In this document: positions 10,203 through 19,213 of the stretch, in pieces | Layout of the letters: every line of letters starts with the position of its first letter | Numbering within the stretch: position 1 is the stretch's first letter | Assembly: GCA_965223795.1 (NCBI GenBank) | Contig: CBDCXL010000001.1 | Span: 544,001-608,000 of the forward strand | DNA: 64,000 nucleotides | Source of the DNA: Nitrospinales bacterium | GTDB lineage: Bacteria; Nitrospinota; Nitrospinia; Nitrospinales; VA-1 | Direction of reading: 5' to 3' | The notes under the pieces: model-generated | The model's database searches: none | The model's input: the letters and a program-made list of their open reading frames with translations, nothing else | What the model was told of the DNA's origin: nothing | Translations under genes and position numbers: made by a program

Positions 10203-10350
10203 AATACAACAATTCTCCTATAACATGTCCCGGACTGGTGCGTCTTAGAGTTTCAGGCTTTGAGCGAGAGGAAATCGGCTCGTGATCGTTGCAGGGGTGG
10301 TAGGGTGTTGGCGTTTTTGAGTGCAAATGAGAATTGCTTTAAATAATTAT

Positions 10351-10860
10351 TTAGGAATTCAAGTTTTCATTATTCATTAATTCTGGGCATAAAAAATCTA
10401 TCGAAATTCCATTTCTATTTAATGGAATTAAATAATCACTCCAATCAGTATCCGTGGCATTTTTTATACTAGGACGACCGCCGTCAGCCAATGCTACTGC
10501 TACAAATTTTCGATCATCACTATCAAAACCCTCCAAATCTGGATCAGTGGGAAATTCCTCAAAATCAGTGCCGTCGTTATTCCTTGGTGTCACACTAATT
10601 ATTCTGCAAATTTCAGGGTTATATTGATGTAAACATAAAAATTTAAAAAATCTATCACCCACACCCGGTCTCCCACTACGAGATAAATTTTTTTCATATT
10701 CACCCCAAATAAAATAATGGTCGTCAACCAGCAGTTTATTTTTCCCCTCCACCACCTCCTCAAGTGTTTTTATACAAGCCAAAACACATTTCTCGCTTGC
10801 CGATTGGTGCTTATAATTGGCAACAATTGGAACGTTTGTGTCAATTAATATATTAGCCAA
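10351..10860 (-). CDS. PIN-like domain protein
   Basis: N-terminal ILIDTNV, later EY, DSDDRKFVAVA and TD acidic residues; overlaps upstream ATPase by 8 bp. Confidence 0.65.
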   Translation of the reverse strand: MANILIDTNVPIVANYKHQSASEKCVLACIKTLEEVVEGKNKLLVDDHYFIWGEYEKNLSRSGRPGVGDRFFKFLCLHQYNPEICRIISVTPRNNDGTDFEEFPTDPDLEGFDSDDRKFVAVALADGGRPSIKNATDTDWSDYLIPLNRNGISIDFLCPELMNNENLNS

Positions 10861-12241
10861 CTTTATTTTGTTTTCTCTTTATCGCGGCTTTTGTAATCGC
10901 AGCTGCTTCCCCAAAATCATCACCAAAAAAACCCTTTGGCCAATTAAGAATTGAACCATATAAATCAATATCAAGAGCCTTAATTGATGACTCTCCTTCG
11001 TTTAAATTTTCGCAAAAATACATAGCGACGTCATTTTTTGTAAATTCATTATCTGCCTCAGCAATACGCCGCATTAATCTCATTAATAAATGCTCACTAT
11101 GACTTTCCAAAATTATCTGAACATTCCTTTTTTTAATTGCATCAATCAATACATCAGCCAAACCGGTTTGCACAAAAGGATGAAGGTGTATTTCTGGTTG
11201 TTCAAGAATTATTGTTGAGCCAGGAGGGGCATAAAAGCAAAGAACTATTACGGGTAGTATTTGAGACACACCGAATCCAACATCTGTTATCAATACCTCA
11301 GGTGAGCTATGGTTCTTTTTTACCAACACTCGAAACAAATTACTACCTGAACTTATTTCTTGCACTTTAAAATCATTAATTAATTTCAATTCTTTTAACC
11401 ATTTTGCAACTATTTCTTCCAGACTTAACGACTTCACACCCTTCCCCATGGATATTCTCTCTCCCCGATCTCGCGAACTGAGAATTGCATCTACAAATCT
11501 TTCTCCAAGCCTTCCCATATCGTTTGGTTGGGAGCCTGCCCATGTATATTGACGTTGAGGATAATTTCTTAATGGGCCCAAATAAAATACTCTTGAAAAC
11601 ATCTCTTCAAATGCCAATTCAATATCAGAAAGAAATCCCGCATTTTGGTAATACGCTCTAACTTGATCGGGGAAACCATAGCATTTTACTGGATAAGGTA
11701 AATTCCAAACTCTTCCCGGCGTTCTTATAAATTTAAATTGTTTTGAGGGCTCAGCATTTAAGCTGTATTTTCCTTTTTCCGCTAGAGCCTTCATTCCATA
11801 CTTTTGCTGGGCAATGGTATAAAACATTCTTGACACCCGTGGAACACTTTTTCTTTTTTTAGTATCTCCTTCTTGTATTATTTCAACTTCATAACCAATA
11901 TTACTATCCGAAATTAATATTTCTTTTTCACGATATTTATCGCCGGTAATAAATTCCTTCGGGTGATCCCAATTCAATTTTATTTTTAAATAATTTTCCG
12001 AATCATGAGCAAATATCACATCATTGAAAGAACCCAGGTCAGTCAAACTTCTCTCACCACCAAAATTCAATACTTGTGTCCTATCTGGGGAATCAGTTGT
12101 TTGCTTTAACAGTAAGAGACTTTGAATAATGCTTGTTTTCCCAGAACTATTACCCCCAAAGAAACCTGTCAAGGGAGCCATTTTTATTGCCCCCGTTTTC
12201 TTCCATGACTTAAAATTTTCTATTTCAATATTTTTTAGCAT
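10853..12241 (-). CDS. ABC/AAA_15-21-type ATPase with DUF3696-like C-terminus
   Basis: Walker A GGNSSGKTS, signature VGFGVSQ, Walker B IILEQPEIHLHP, ESHSEH, C-terminal GSILNWPKGFFGD. Confidence 0.85.
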   Translation of the reverse strand: MLKNIEIENFKSWKKTGAIKMAPLTGFFGGNSSGKTSIIQSLLLLKQTTDSPDRTQVLNFGGERSLTDLGSFNDVIFAHDSENYLKIKLNWDHPKEFITGDKYREKEILISDSNIGYEVEIIQEGDTKKRKSVPRVSRMFYTIAQQKYGMKALAEKGKYSLNAEPSKQFKFIRTPGRVWNLPYPVKCYGFPDQVRAYYQNAGFLSDIELAFEEMFSRVFYLGPLRNYPQRQYTWAGSQPNDMGRLGERFVDAILSSRDRGERISMGKGVKSLSLEEIVAKWLKELKLINDFKVQEISSGSNLFRVLVKKNHSSPEVLITDVGFGVSQILPVIVLCFYAPPGSTIILEQPEIHLHPFVQTGLADVLIDAIKKRNVQIILESHSEHLLMRLMRRIAEADNEFTKNDVAMYFCENLNEGESSIKALDIDLYGSILNWPKGFFGDDFGEAAAITKAAIKRKQNKVG

Positions 12242-12374
12242 TTCCTTAAATTTTTAATTTTTCTGGGGAGTATAACTTTTTCCTCTTTATTTTTGCACCT
12301 ATATCCTTTTTATATGCTAATTTTTCTTTCCTTCATATAGAGTTGCCCCTTTCCCTAAAATACTCATATCGGAA

Positions 12375-12560
12375 CTACTGTGCATTAATTTTGTTACTTT
12401 TTTTAAATTTACGGAGTTTCTTTACCCCTACTGTTTGACTGCTTTCTTCCTCAAATACTAAGCGTGCAATCAAAAACGCATCCTTCCCATTTTCTATTGC
12501 CTCCTCAGTGGTTTCGCCATCGGGCATGCAGCTGGGCAGGTTCGTAATAGAATCACTGGC
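12375..12560 (-). pseudogene. HicB-family antitoxin remnant
   Basis: Manual translation NLPSCMPDGETTEEAIENGKDA resembles HicB PDLPGCxSxGETxEEA; in-frame TAG immediately upstream, N-terminus missing. Confidence 0.65.
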
Positions 12561-12577
12561 CTATAATCTCTCCCCGT

Positions 12578-13048
12578 TTATAAATTCACCCATCCATCCG
12601 AAAAATTAAAACTCACACTCTCAATATAAAGTTTTTGTGTGTCCAGCCAATGAAAATTGTAATTACTGCTTTTTCTGTAGTCAGGTTCATCCACAACTAC
12701 CATTTCAAGGGATGATAGTCTTTTATTTTTTAGAAATATCTCCCAATATTGATTAAATATTTCAGCGTCGAAAAAGATTCCACCCGAAATTAGTGGAGGA
12801 GAATCTCCCTCTGTGAAAAGCAAATACCCATAATATTTTTCTATGTCACATTGCCCACTCTCACCCGTCACCATAATTAAGGAAAATTCAACTTCGGATA
12901 TTTTATGCTTATCTTCGCCAACCCTGATATCTCCTTGGTTATCCAAATTCCCCGAAATTATTATTCTTTTTGAACAACCATTATCTTTATCGTGGTAAGT
13001 GTTTTGAACCACCTTGATTTTCTTTTGTAGTTGGAAATTAGAAAACAT
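12578..13048 (-). CDS. Hypothetical protein (156 aa)
   Basis: Long ORF in AT-rich DNA; no motif. Confidence 0.55.
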   Translation of the reverse strand: MFSNFQLQKKIKVVQNTYHDKDNGCSKRIIISGNLDNQGDIRVGEDKHKISEVEFSLIMVTGESGQCDIEKYYGYLLFTEGDSPPLISGGIFFDAEIFNQYWEIFLKNKRLSSLEMVVVDEPDYRKSSNYNFHWLDTQKLYIESVSFNFSDGWVNL

Positions 13049-13132
13049 TTATTATTTTTTGGTTTTTGGTGAATTATCCTCCCCACAATCTTGTTCTTTT
13101 TGCCCTTCCTGTCAACTTACGAAATTTGTCAC

Positions 13133-13161
13133 AAAAAAACCGGAGCCTTTCGACTCCGGTT
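13133..13161 (-). terminator. Intrinsic terminator
   Basis: Minus strand AACCGGAGTCGAAAGGCTCCGGTTTTTTT downstream of the vWA gene. Confidence 0.7.
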
Positions 13162-13209
13162 CCTTGGTTGCCATTCTCGATAACCCACTCAGGAAGTTTA
13201 GCCGTCAAC

Positions 13210-15321
13210 TCAAGCCAGCCGGCGGCGTCTGAACCATGCCAAAGCCACCAGGCCGAGCACCAGCAATCCCGCCCAGGTGGCCGGTTCCGGAGCGGACCCC
13301 CCCGGAAAATTTTGTACAAACTTCTTGGAAGCAGCGTGACCGTAAGCCTCGGGCCCCACGCCTTTCACCCTATGAAGCGGCACCTGCGAATCCTGCGCGT
13401 TTTCCGGGTTTTTGTTGACGATTTTCGTGGACACGGCGACAAACGAAGTCCATCGCGTTGCCAGGGAATGTTTGAGACCCAGATCGATCACCTTTTGCTT
13501 CAACGCGTCATCGCTCAAATGTGTGGTCTTAAAAGCATCGGGTGAGTTGATCTGCCCCATGTGATCGGCGATTTGGGATCGGGCCCAGATCTGCGGAATG
13601 GGAGAGGGCTCCATTTCGCTGGTCCCGTCGGGCAATATCGCCTGAATGGGCAGGGATGCCTGTCTTCCCTGCACCCGTCCTTTCACCACGACCCTGTGGG
13701 TTCCGCTTCCCTCGAATTTACCGAGAATACGGAGCGAATCACCCGCAAACAGGTCGGGAATCACAGAGGGGGTCACCTGGCTCACCTTGACTTCGCCCCA
13801 ATCGATGTCGATGTCGGTCAGAACCGGTGAATCCAGTTTGCCGGCCAATTCAAGGGCGGCCTCTTCGGCATCCTCCGTGGGATCGAGGTAGCGCACAAAC
13901 CCCCGGCCTTTTTTGCCCATTTCGGAAAGCAGGAACCGGTTGACCGAAGCGCCCACTCCGAAGGCATAAATGCGTGCGTCGCCGATCGTGCGCGTGATGA
14001 GACGCAGCACTTCCGATTCGTTGCCAATGTAACCGTCCGTCAGGAACACCACGATCCTGAGGGTTCCGGCAGGTTGGGGGATCGAGAATGCCTGCCGGAT
14101 GGCGTTGGGTATTTCCGTTCCGCCGCCGCCTCGCAGAGAGTCGACATAGCTCAATCCCCTTCTTTTGTTATTCGGGGTGGCCGGGACCGGACCCGATGTG
14201 AACTCGGTGGCGTTGTTGCTGAACCGGATGATGCGGAAGTAATCCTGATTGCGCAGATTCTTCAGGGCATGACGCATGAATACTTTGCTGGCCTGGATGG
14301 GGTAGCCGCTCATGGAACCGGAAGTATCGAGCACGAACACCATTTCGCGCGCCGTGATGTCCTTCGTTGCCGGCGCTGACGGAGGTTCGATCCACAGGCT
14401 GAAATAGCCATCTTTGGAATCGTTGTAGGCCAGGAAGGCGGGCTGGGTGTTTTCCCCTGCCAGTTGATAGCGCAGAACGAAATCCCGGTTGTCGAGGGTC
14501 CGGCCGTCGGCCAGGGAGACCGTTTTGTTCGTCTCATCACCCGACACGTTGATATTATGGGTGCGGCTGTAAATATTGGGAATCGGTGCGCCCGCTTGCA
14601 GATCGATGTCGATGGAAACCCGATCCTTGCCGATCGTATCGGGAATCGTCAACCCGGAAACATCCGGATAGGATGGCAGCGCCTCAATCTCCCACTGGTT
14701 GAAGTTCGATTGCGAGGCGGCCTGTTGCACTGCAGCGGCCGCACCGTCGTCCACAATTTGCGGAGCACGCCCGGAATGCGCGGGTTGATAGCGCGGGCCG
14801 ACAATCAGAGGAATGACCAGTTCGTGATGGCCATCGACCCTCGGAACCGTCTGGTCGTAAACCAGCGTGACCTTGACCGGCAGCTCCGGCATGAGATTGG
14901 CAATATGCTGGGTGAACATATTGGGCCGGTGCTGGGTCAGCAGAGAGGCCGCTTTGCCTTCCTTTTTCGCTTTGTTGAATTTTTTCTTTGCTGTTTCGAT
15001 TTTGTGAATCTGTGCCTGAATGATTTCATCGCCCACTTCCATCGTCATTGCGCGCACCGCCGCATCCTTATTGAGGGGGAACAAATAGGTGGCGTTCAAT
15101 GGAACCGAAGTGGGGTTCGCAAACGTCTGTGTGATCGTCACCGTCGCCAGGTCGCCCTGGATTTTTGTGTGGATGTCCGTCTTCAGGGCCGGAAAATGGA
15201 TGGTTTCTCCATCGATTTGAGCCTGAACGGATCCTCCCAAATCGTTTTCGGAAAGGGCAAAAGCCTTTACAGAAAACATCAGAAAAATTATAAAAACCGC
15301 CTGCGTTACGGTGTGTTTCAT
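13210..15321 (-). CDS. VIT + von Willebrand factor A domain protein with PEP-CTERM sorting signal
   Basis: Signal peptide from MKHTVTQ; VIT (QTFANP..PLNATYLFPL); MIDAS DTSGSMS and LTDG; C-terminal APEPATW-TM-RRRR. Confidence 0.9.
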   Translation of the reverse strand: MKHTVTQAVFIIFLMFSVKAFALSENDLGGSVQAQIDGETIHFPALKTDIHTKIQGDLATVTITQTFANPTSVPLNATYLFPLNKDAAVRAMTMEVGDEIIQAQIHKIETAKKKFNKAKKEGKAASLLTQHRPNMFTQHIANLMPELPVKVTLVYDQTVPRVDGHHELVIPLIVGPRYQPAHSGRAPQIVDDGAAAAVQQAASQSNFNQWEIEALPSYPDVSGLTIPDTIGKDRVSIDIDLQAGAPIPNIYSRTHNINVSGDETNKTVSLADGRTLDNRDFVLRYQLAGENTQPAFLAYNDSKDGYFSLWIEPPSAPATKDITAREMVFVLDTSGSMSGYPIQASKVFMRHALKNLRNQDYFRIIRFSNNATEFTSGPVPATPNNKRRGLSYVDSLRGGGGTEIPNAIRQAFSIPQPAGTLRIVVFLTDGYIGNESEVLRLITRTIGDARIYAFGVGASVNRFLLSEMGKKGRGFVRYLDPTEDAEEAALELAGKLDSPVLTDIDIDWGEVKVSQVTPSVIPDLFAGDSLRILGKFEGSGTHRVVVKGRVQGRQASLPIQAILPDGTSEMEPSPIPQIWARSQIADHMGQINSPDAFKTTHLSDDALKQKVIDLGLKHSLATRWTSFVAVSTKIVNKNPENAQDSQVPLHRVKGVGPEAYGHAASKKFVQNFPGGSAPEPATWAGLLVLGLVALAWFRRRRLA

Positions 15322-16874
15322 CGTTTCCTCTCTTTCTTGAATGCAAGGAGTGGTGGGGTGGCGTCGATATCCAGTGCCGCGAGTACAGCCCAGTCCCAGC
15401 GGCGGGTCCGGGATGCGTCCTGTTCCCAGGGCGAGATGCGCTGGATGGCCGACCAGGTGCTGTCCGGTTCTTGTAGCCAGCGCCAAACCGTCTCGGATAC
15501 ATTGGACGTGATATGACTGCGGTCGGAGATAAAACTGACGGAGATGCGATAGCTGTGTCCCTCCGGTGAGGTGGCTTTGTAGACAGCGGTCGGGATCGTG
15601 TCGTAGGAAATGCCGATGTGCTGGACCTCGAATCCCAATCCCCGCAGGCATTCATCGGGGGAGTGCAGATGCCTGAGGGGGGATGAGGTGCGAATCAGCA
15701 GCAAACCATTGTTGCCATAAAAAGCCTTGGCCGCCGCGCCGCCATATTGGGTGAAGTAGGCTTTCTCTTTCGCGAGCAGCGGCGAAGGCATTCCTTCATG
15801 GTTGTCGATCATCGTGGGCAGCGATACGGTGATGCCCGGCCGAGCCACATCGATGGGTTTTCCGGGCAGGTGGACAATGACCGCAGCGGTGATCAAAAAA
15901 CCCAGGGCCAATGCACTGGAATGGATTTTTGATCGGGGGAACAAGAATCCCGCTGCTTTGGCAATCGATGAGGATTTCCGCAAGCTCGAATCGCTGACCG
16001 GGTCTCGGGGCGATGGAATCCGCGTTGCGTTCCGGGTCCAATAGAGAATGGGAAGGCAGCCAAGGGCCAGTGCGATCAGGCCCAGCAGGGAGTGCCAGGG
16101 TTCCGCCATGACATCCATGCCGAAAGTCATCCCGGGATAAGCAATGCCCACCGCCAGCACCGAAATTCTGAGAACATTGACGCAAAGGCTGGAGAGCAGA
16201 GTGACGCCGATGCCCACCAGGCCTGCAATCCAATTTGGACGGCACAGGGTCATGCAGGCGGTGTAAAACAACTGCAGCAGCAACAGGGTTCGCGCCCCGG
16301 AGCAAGGCAGGTCTACCAGCACATCTTTCTGGTTGATCAGAATGCGCACGCCCTGACAACTGACATTTTCAAACAGACCGCCCAGGATCAGGCAGGCGCC
16401 TCCTGCGGACAGGTTTTGCAGGGCAAACCCCAGCGTGTGTTGCATCACCCGTTCCAGTGGCAGAGCGAACAGGAAACAAACGGCCAGCCAGCCGGGGGAA
16501 ATCGGGCGCTCCCGATGATGCACACCCGCCAGAATCGCCAGCGCGTAGACATCGATCACCATCGTCATAGCGCCGATGATATTGACGGCGAAGACTTGAC
16601 CGGTCAGGCGAATCAGGGCTGTGGCCGCCAGGAGAATGAGCGGCCAGCGAGTATGATTGCGTTTTTCACCAATTCTGGGGCTGGAAACACTCCACAGAAA
16701 CAATCCCAGACAGATCAGGAAAACGAGAAAACCTTTGGAGTCGTAGGCGGGATCCTGCCAGGTCTGAACCAACCAGCGCGCCGGTTCATAGGCCAGGACC
16801 AGGGCGGCCAGTCCAAAAATCAAGGCGGGAAGTGAATGTATCGTGCTTGCAGAAAGTCTGAGTGCATGGCTCAT
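15318..16874 (-). CDS. Exosortase (XrtT-like) with C-terminal soluble extension
   Basis: Multi-TM; catalytic-type DLPCSG, NVLRI, PWHSLLG; LHSPDECLRGLG tail; overlaps PEP-CTERM target by 4 bp. Confidence 0.8.
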   Translation of the reverse strand: MSHALRLSASTIHSLPALIFGLAALVLAYEPARWLVQTWQDPAYDSKGFLVFLICLGLFLWSVSSPRIGEKRNHTRWPLILLAATALIRLTGQVFAVNIIGAMTMVIDVYALAILAGVHHRERPISPGWLAVCFLFALPLERVMQHTLGFALQNLSAGGACLILGGLFENVSCQGVRILINQKDVLVDLPCSGARTLLLLQLFYTACMTLCRPNWIAGLVGIGVTLLSSLCVNVLRISVLAVGIAYPGMTFGMDVMAEPWHSLLGLIALALGCLPILYWTRNATRIPSPRDPVSDSSLRKSSSIAKAAGFLFPRSKIHSSALALGFLITAAVIVHLPGKPIDVARPGITVSLPTMIDNHEGMPSPLLAKEKAYFTQYGGAAAKAFYGNNGLLLIRTSSPLRHLHSPDECLRGLGFEVQHIGISYDTIPTAVYKATSPEGHSYRISVSFISDRSHITSNVSETVWRWLQEPDSTWSAIQRISPWEQDASRTRRWDWAVLAALDIDATPPLLAFKKERKR

Positions 16875-17091
16875 GCACCCAGTGTTGAATTTTTAGATGA
16901 AGAGAAGATGAAGGGTTTGTGAAATTTTCAAGAAATTTTGTGTGGCCTTTGTGCAGGAATAATAAAAAACTTATAATCAATAGTTTATGCTATGCATTCT
17001 TTTTTCGATTGCACGAAACCAGAAATAGAAACACCCGCCACTCTGGGAGCCTTCAGGCTCCTGGGGATTGCTTGTTACCTGGGTCAATAAA

Positions 17092-18567
17092 TTATCCCTG
17101 CTTTATTGGGAGGGTGATGATGAATTGAGTCCCTTTGCCAGGTGTGCTGGATGCCTGAATGGTGCCGTCGTGATAAGCAACGATTTTTTTGCAAATGGCC
17201 AGGCCGATGCCGGTCCCTTCATATTCGTTTGCCCCGTACAATCGTTCAAATGGCTGGAAGATTTTTTCGATATATTTCTCATCAAACCCGATGCCATTGT
17301 CCTGAACGGTTATTCTCCAATACGAATCATCCTTTTGACAATCTATTGAAATTTCCGGAGGCGTATCCGGCTTCTTGAACTTTAAAGAATTGCTGATGAG
17401 GTTGAGAAAAAGCTGCCGAATGTAAAAGGGATTCGCCTGAATCTCCGGGAGTCCTCGATAATTAATTTTTGCGTTTAAAGACTGAATTTTAATCTCCAGG
17501 TCTTCAGTTATGGAAGAGATCGTGTCATTCAAGTTGACCTGGGAAAAGACTTTGCTCGTGGATTCGATCGAGGAATACTTCAATAGATCTTTTATAAAAT
17601 CCTGCATTCTAAGCGCGGCATTTTGCATTCTTTCAATATAATCTTTTGCCTGCGAGCCCAGATCCGGAATGGTCGAAGCGAGCCGGTCCCCGAAGGAAAT
17701 GATCTTCCTCAAAGGCTCCTGCAGATCATGAGAAGCAATATGAGCAAAATCATGAAGTTCCTGATTGCTGCGCCGCAACTCGTTGGAATAGATCTTAAGA
17801 TTCATTTCTGCCTGGCGCCGTTGATTGACTTCATTTTTCAGAGCCGAATTGGTCGTCACCAAATCGAGATCTCTTTTTTGAATATTTGAAATCATATTGT
17901 TAAAGCCGGAGTAAAGCACACCCAGTTCATCTTCATACAGGTTCTTGACTCTTATGGAAAAATCGCCTTTTTCCGAAATTTCTTTCGTCTTCTTGGCAAG
18001 GTTTAATATGGGTTTCGAGATAATACCCTGAAGCTTCATGGAAATGATCAGTGAAGCGCATAATGTTCCAATCACAATCATTGCAACCAGGATCAAATAT
18101 TTATCTATAAAACTGCTGAATTCCTTCAGATTGGCCGATAGATGAATCTCTCCTATGGTTTTATCCTTCAATAAAATCGGCCGCTTCAATTCCACCATGT
18201 CGTCTTTAAACGTGTAAGAAAGCAGTTGCATGGTCTCTACCTGCGTATCTCCTGGCTGGCCGGATTCAAATTTGGCGAAAATATTGCCTTTGCTGTCAAA
18301 CAATGTGGCGTGCTGGATCTGCGGTTCTTCATTTAAAGAGGACAGAATTTTATTCGCGGCTTCCTGATCTTCAAAATAAACCGCTGCACGGCTGTTGGCT
18401 CCGATCGTTCCTGCCAGGACTGCAAGGTTCTTGATCAGGCTGGATTTGAAGAACTTTAGATCATGGTAGATAAACAGGGCGGATGAAACGGCAAGGGTGC
18501 CGAAAGAGATTAAAAACAGCAATGCAATCAGTTTGTATTTTATGGGTAAGGATTTAAACGATTTCAT
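17092..18567 (-). CDS. Sensor histidine kinase (periplasmic CHASE-like, HAMP, HisKA, HATPase)
   Basis: Two TM helices, DELGVL..GFN HAMP, ASHDLQEPLR, NLISNSLKF, DNGIG, GTGIGL. Confidence 0.92.
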   Translation of the reverse strand: MKSFKSLPIKYKLIALLFLISFGTLAVSSALFIYHDLKFFKSSLIKNLAVLAGTIGANSRAAVYFEDQEAANKILSSLNEEPQIQHATLFDSKGNIFAKFESGQPGDTQVETMQLLSYTFKDDMVELKRPILLKDKTIGEIHLSANLKEFSSFIDKYLILVAMIVIGTLCASLIISMKLQGIISKPILNLAKKTKEISEKGDFSIRVKNLYEDELGVLYSGFNNMISNIQKRDLDLVTTNSALKNEVNQRRQAEMNLKIYSNELRRSNQELHDFAHIASHDLQEPLRKIISFGDRLASTIPDLGSQAKDYIERMQNAALRMQDFIKDLLKYSSIESTSKVFSQVNLNDTISSITEDLEIKIQSLNAKINYRGLPEIQANPFYIRQLFLNLISNSLKFKKPDTPPEISIDCQKDDSYWRITVQDNGIGFDEKYIEKIFQPFERLYGANEYEGTGIGLAICKKIVAYHDGTIQASSTPGKGTQFIITLPIKQG

Positions 18568-19136
18568 TTTGAACCGTCTCCAAAAACGAGAATCGCTAAA
18601 TTAATAAGTTCGGAACTGACTTTCAAACCTGTCTTTGTTAAAACCGCGTGATTGATTTCAAAACGCACTTTATTATCGACTTTTATGAAATTGATTCCGA
18701 CGCCTTTCTGTCCATTGCCTTCTGATTCGCTTATGACCAATACGGGAGCATTTTGAAGATTATCAAGAACGTCATTCAGCCGGTCGTTGAATGAAATGGA
18801 TATGAAAACAATGTGACACGTTTTCAAAAGGCTCAATGGCACATCGTTTCTGACAAGGATGTTTCTTCGGATAATATCCGCATCGTTGGCAAGAGTGAGA
18901 AGATTTTGAAAATTGTCTTTTCCTTTTATGCAGATATTAATCGGTTCTTCATGGGAACCATTGGCTCCATAGGTTTCCGGCCATTGAATGAACTCACTGA
19001 ATTTTAAGAGAAGTCCCGCTTTGATCAAATATTCGCGATCTTGAATTTCATTGGCAAAAGTGGAAAGAGCTGGCAGGGAACAAATTATAGATAGCGTTAA
19101 TAGTAAGCGGGAATGTCGAAATATTCGGCGAATCAC
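18564..19136 (-). CDS. YfiR/DUF4154 family periplasmic protein
   Basis: REYLIKAGLLLKFSEFIQWP...VRFEIN...GLKVSSELINLA. Confidence 0.88.
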   Translation of the reverse strand: MIRRIFRHSRLLLTLSIICSLPALSTFANEIQDREYLIKAGLLLKFSEFIQWPETYGANGSHEEPINICIKGKDNFQNLLTLANDADIIRRNILVRNDVPLSLLKTCHIVFISISFNDRLNDVLDNLQNAPVLVISESEGNGQKGVGINFIKVDNKVRFEINHAVLTKTGLKVSSELINLAILVFGDGSK

Positions 19137-19213
19137 TTGAGATCTCCAGCGAGAAGAAGAGATGTAACAGTAAGAACTGATCTCAGATGTCGATTTTTAA
19201 ATCTATTTTGAGG

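Noticed and set aside
15322..15651. N-terminal extension of the VIT-vWA ORF (813 aa in the track)
   Set aside because: Overlaps the exosortase; signal peptide and RBS support ATG 15321
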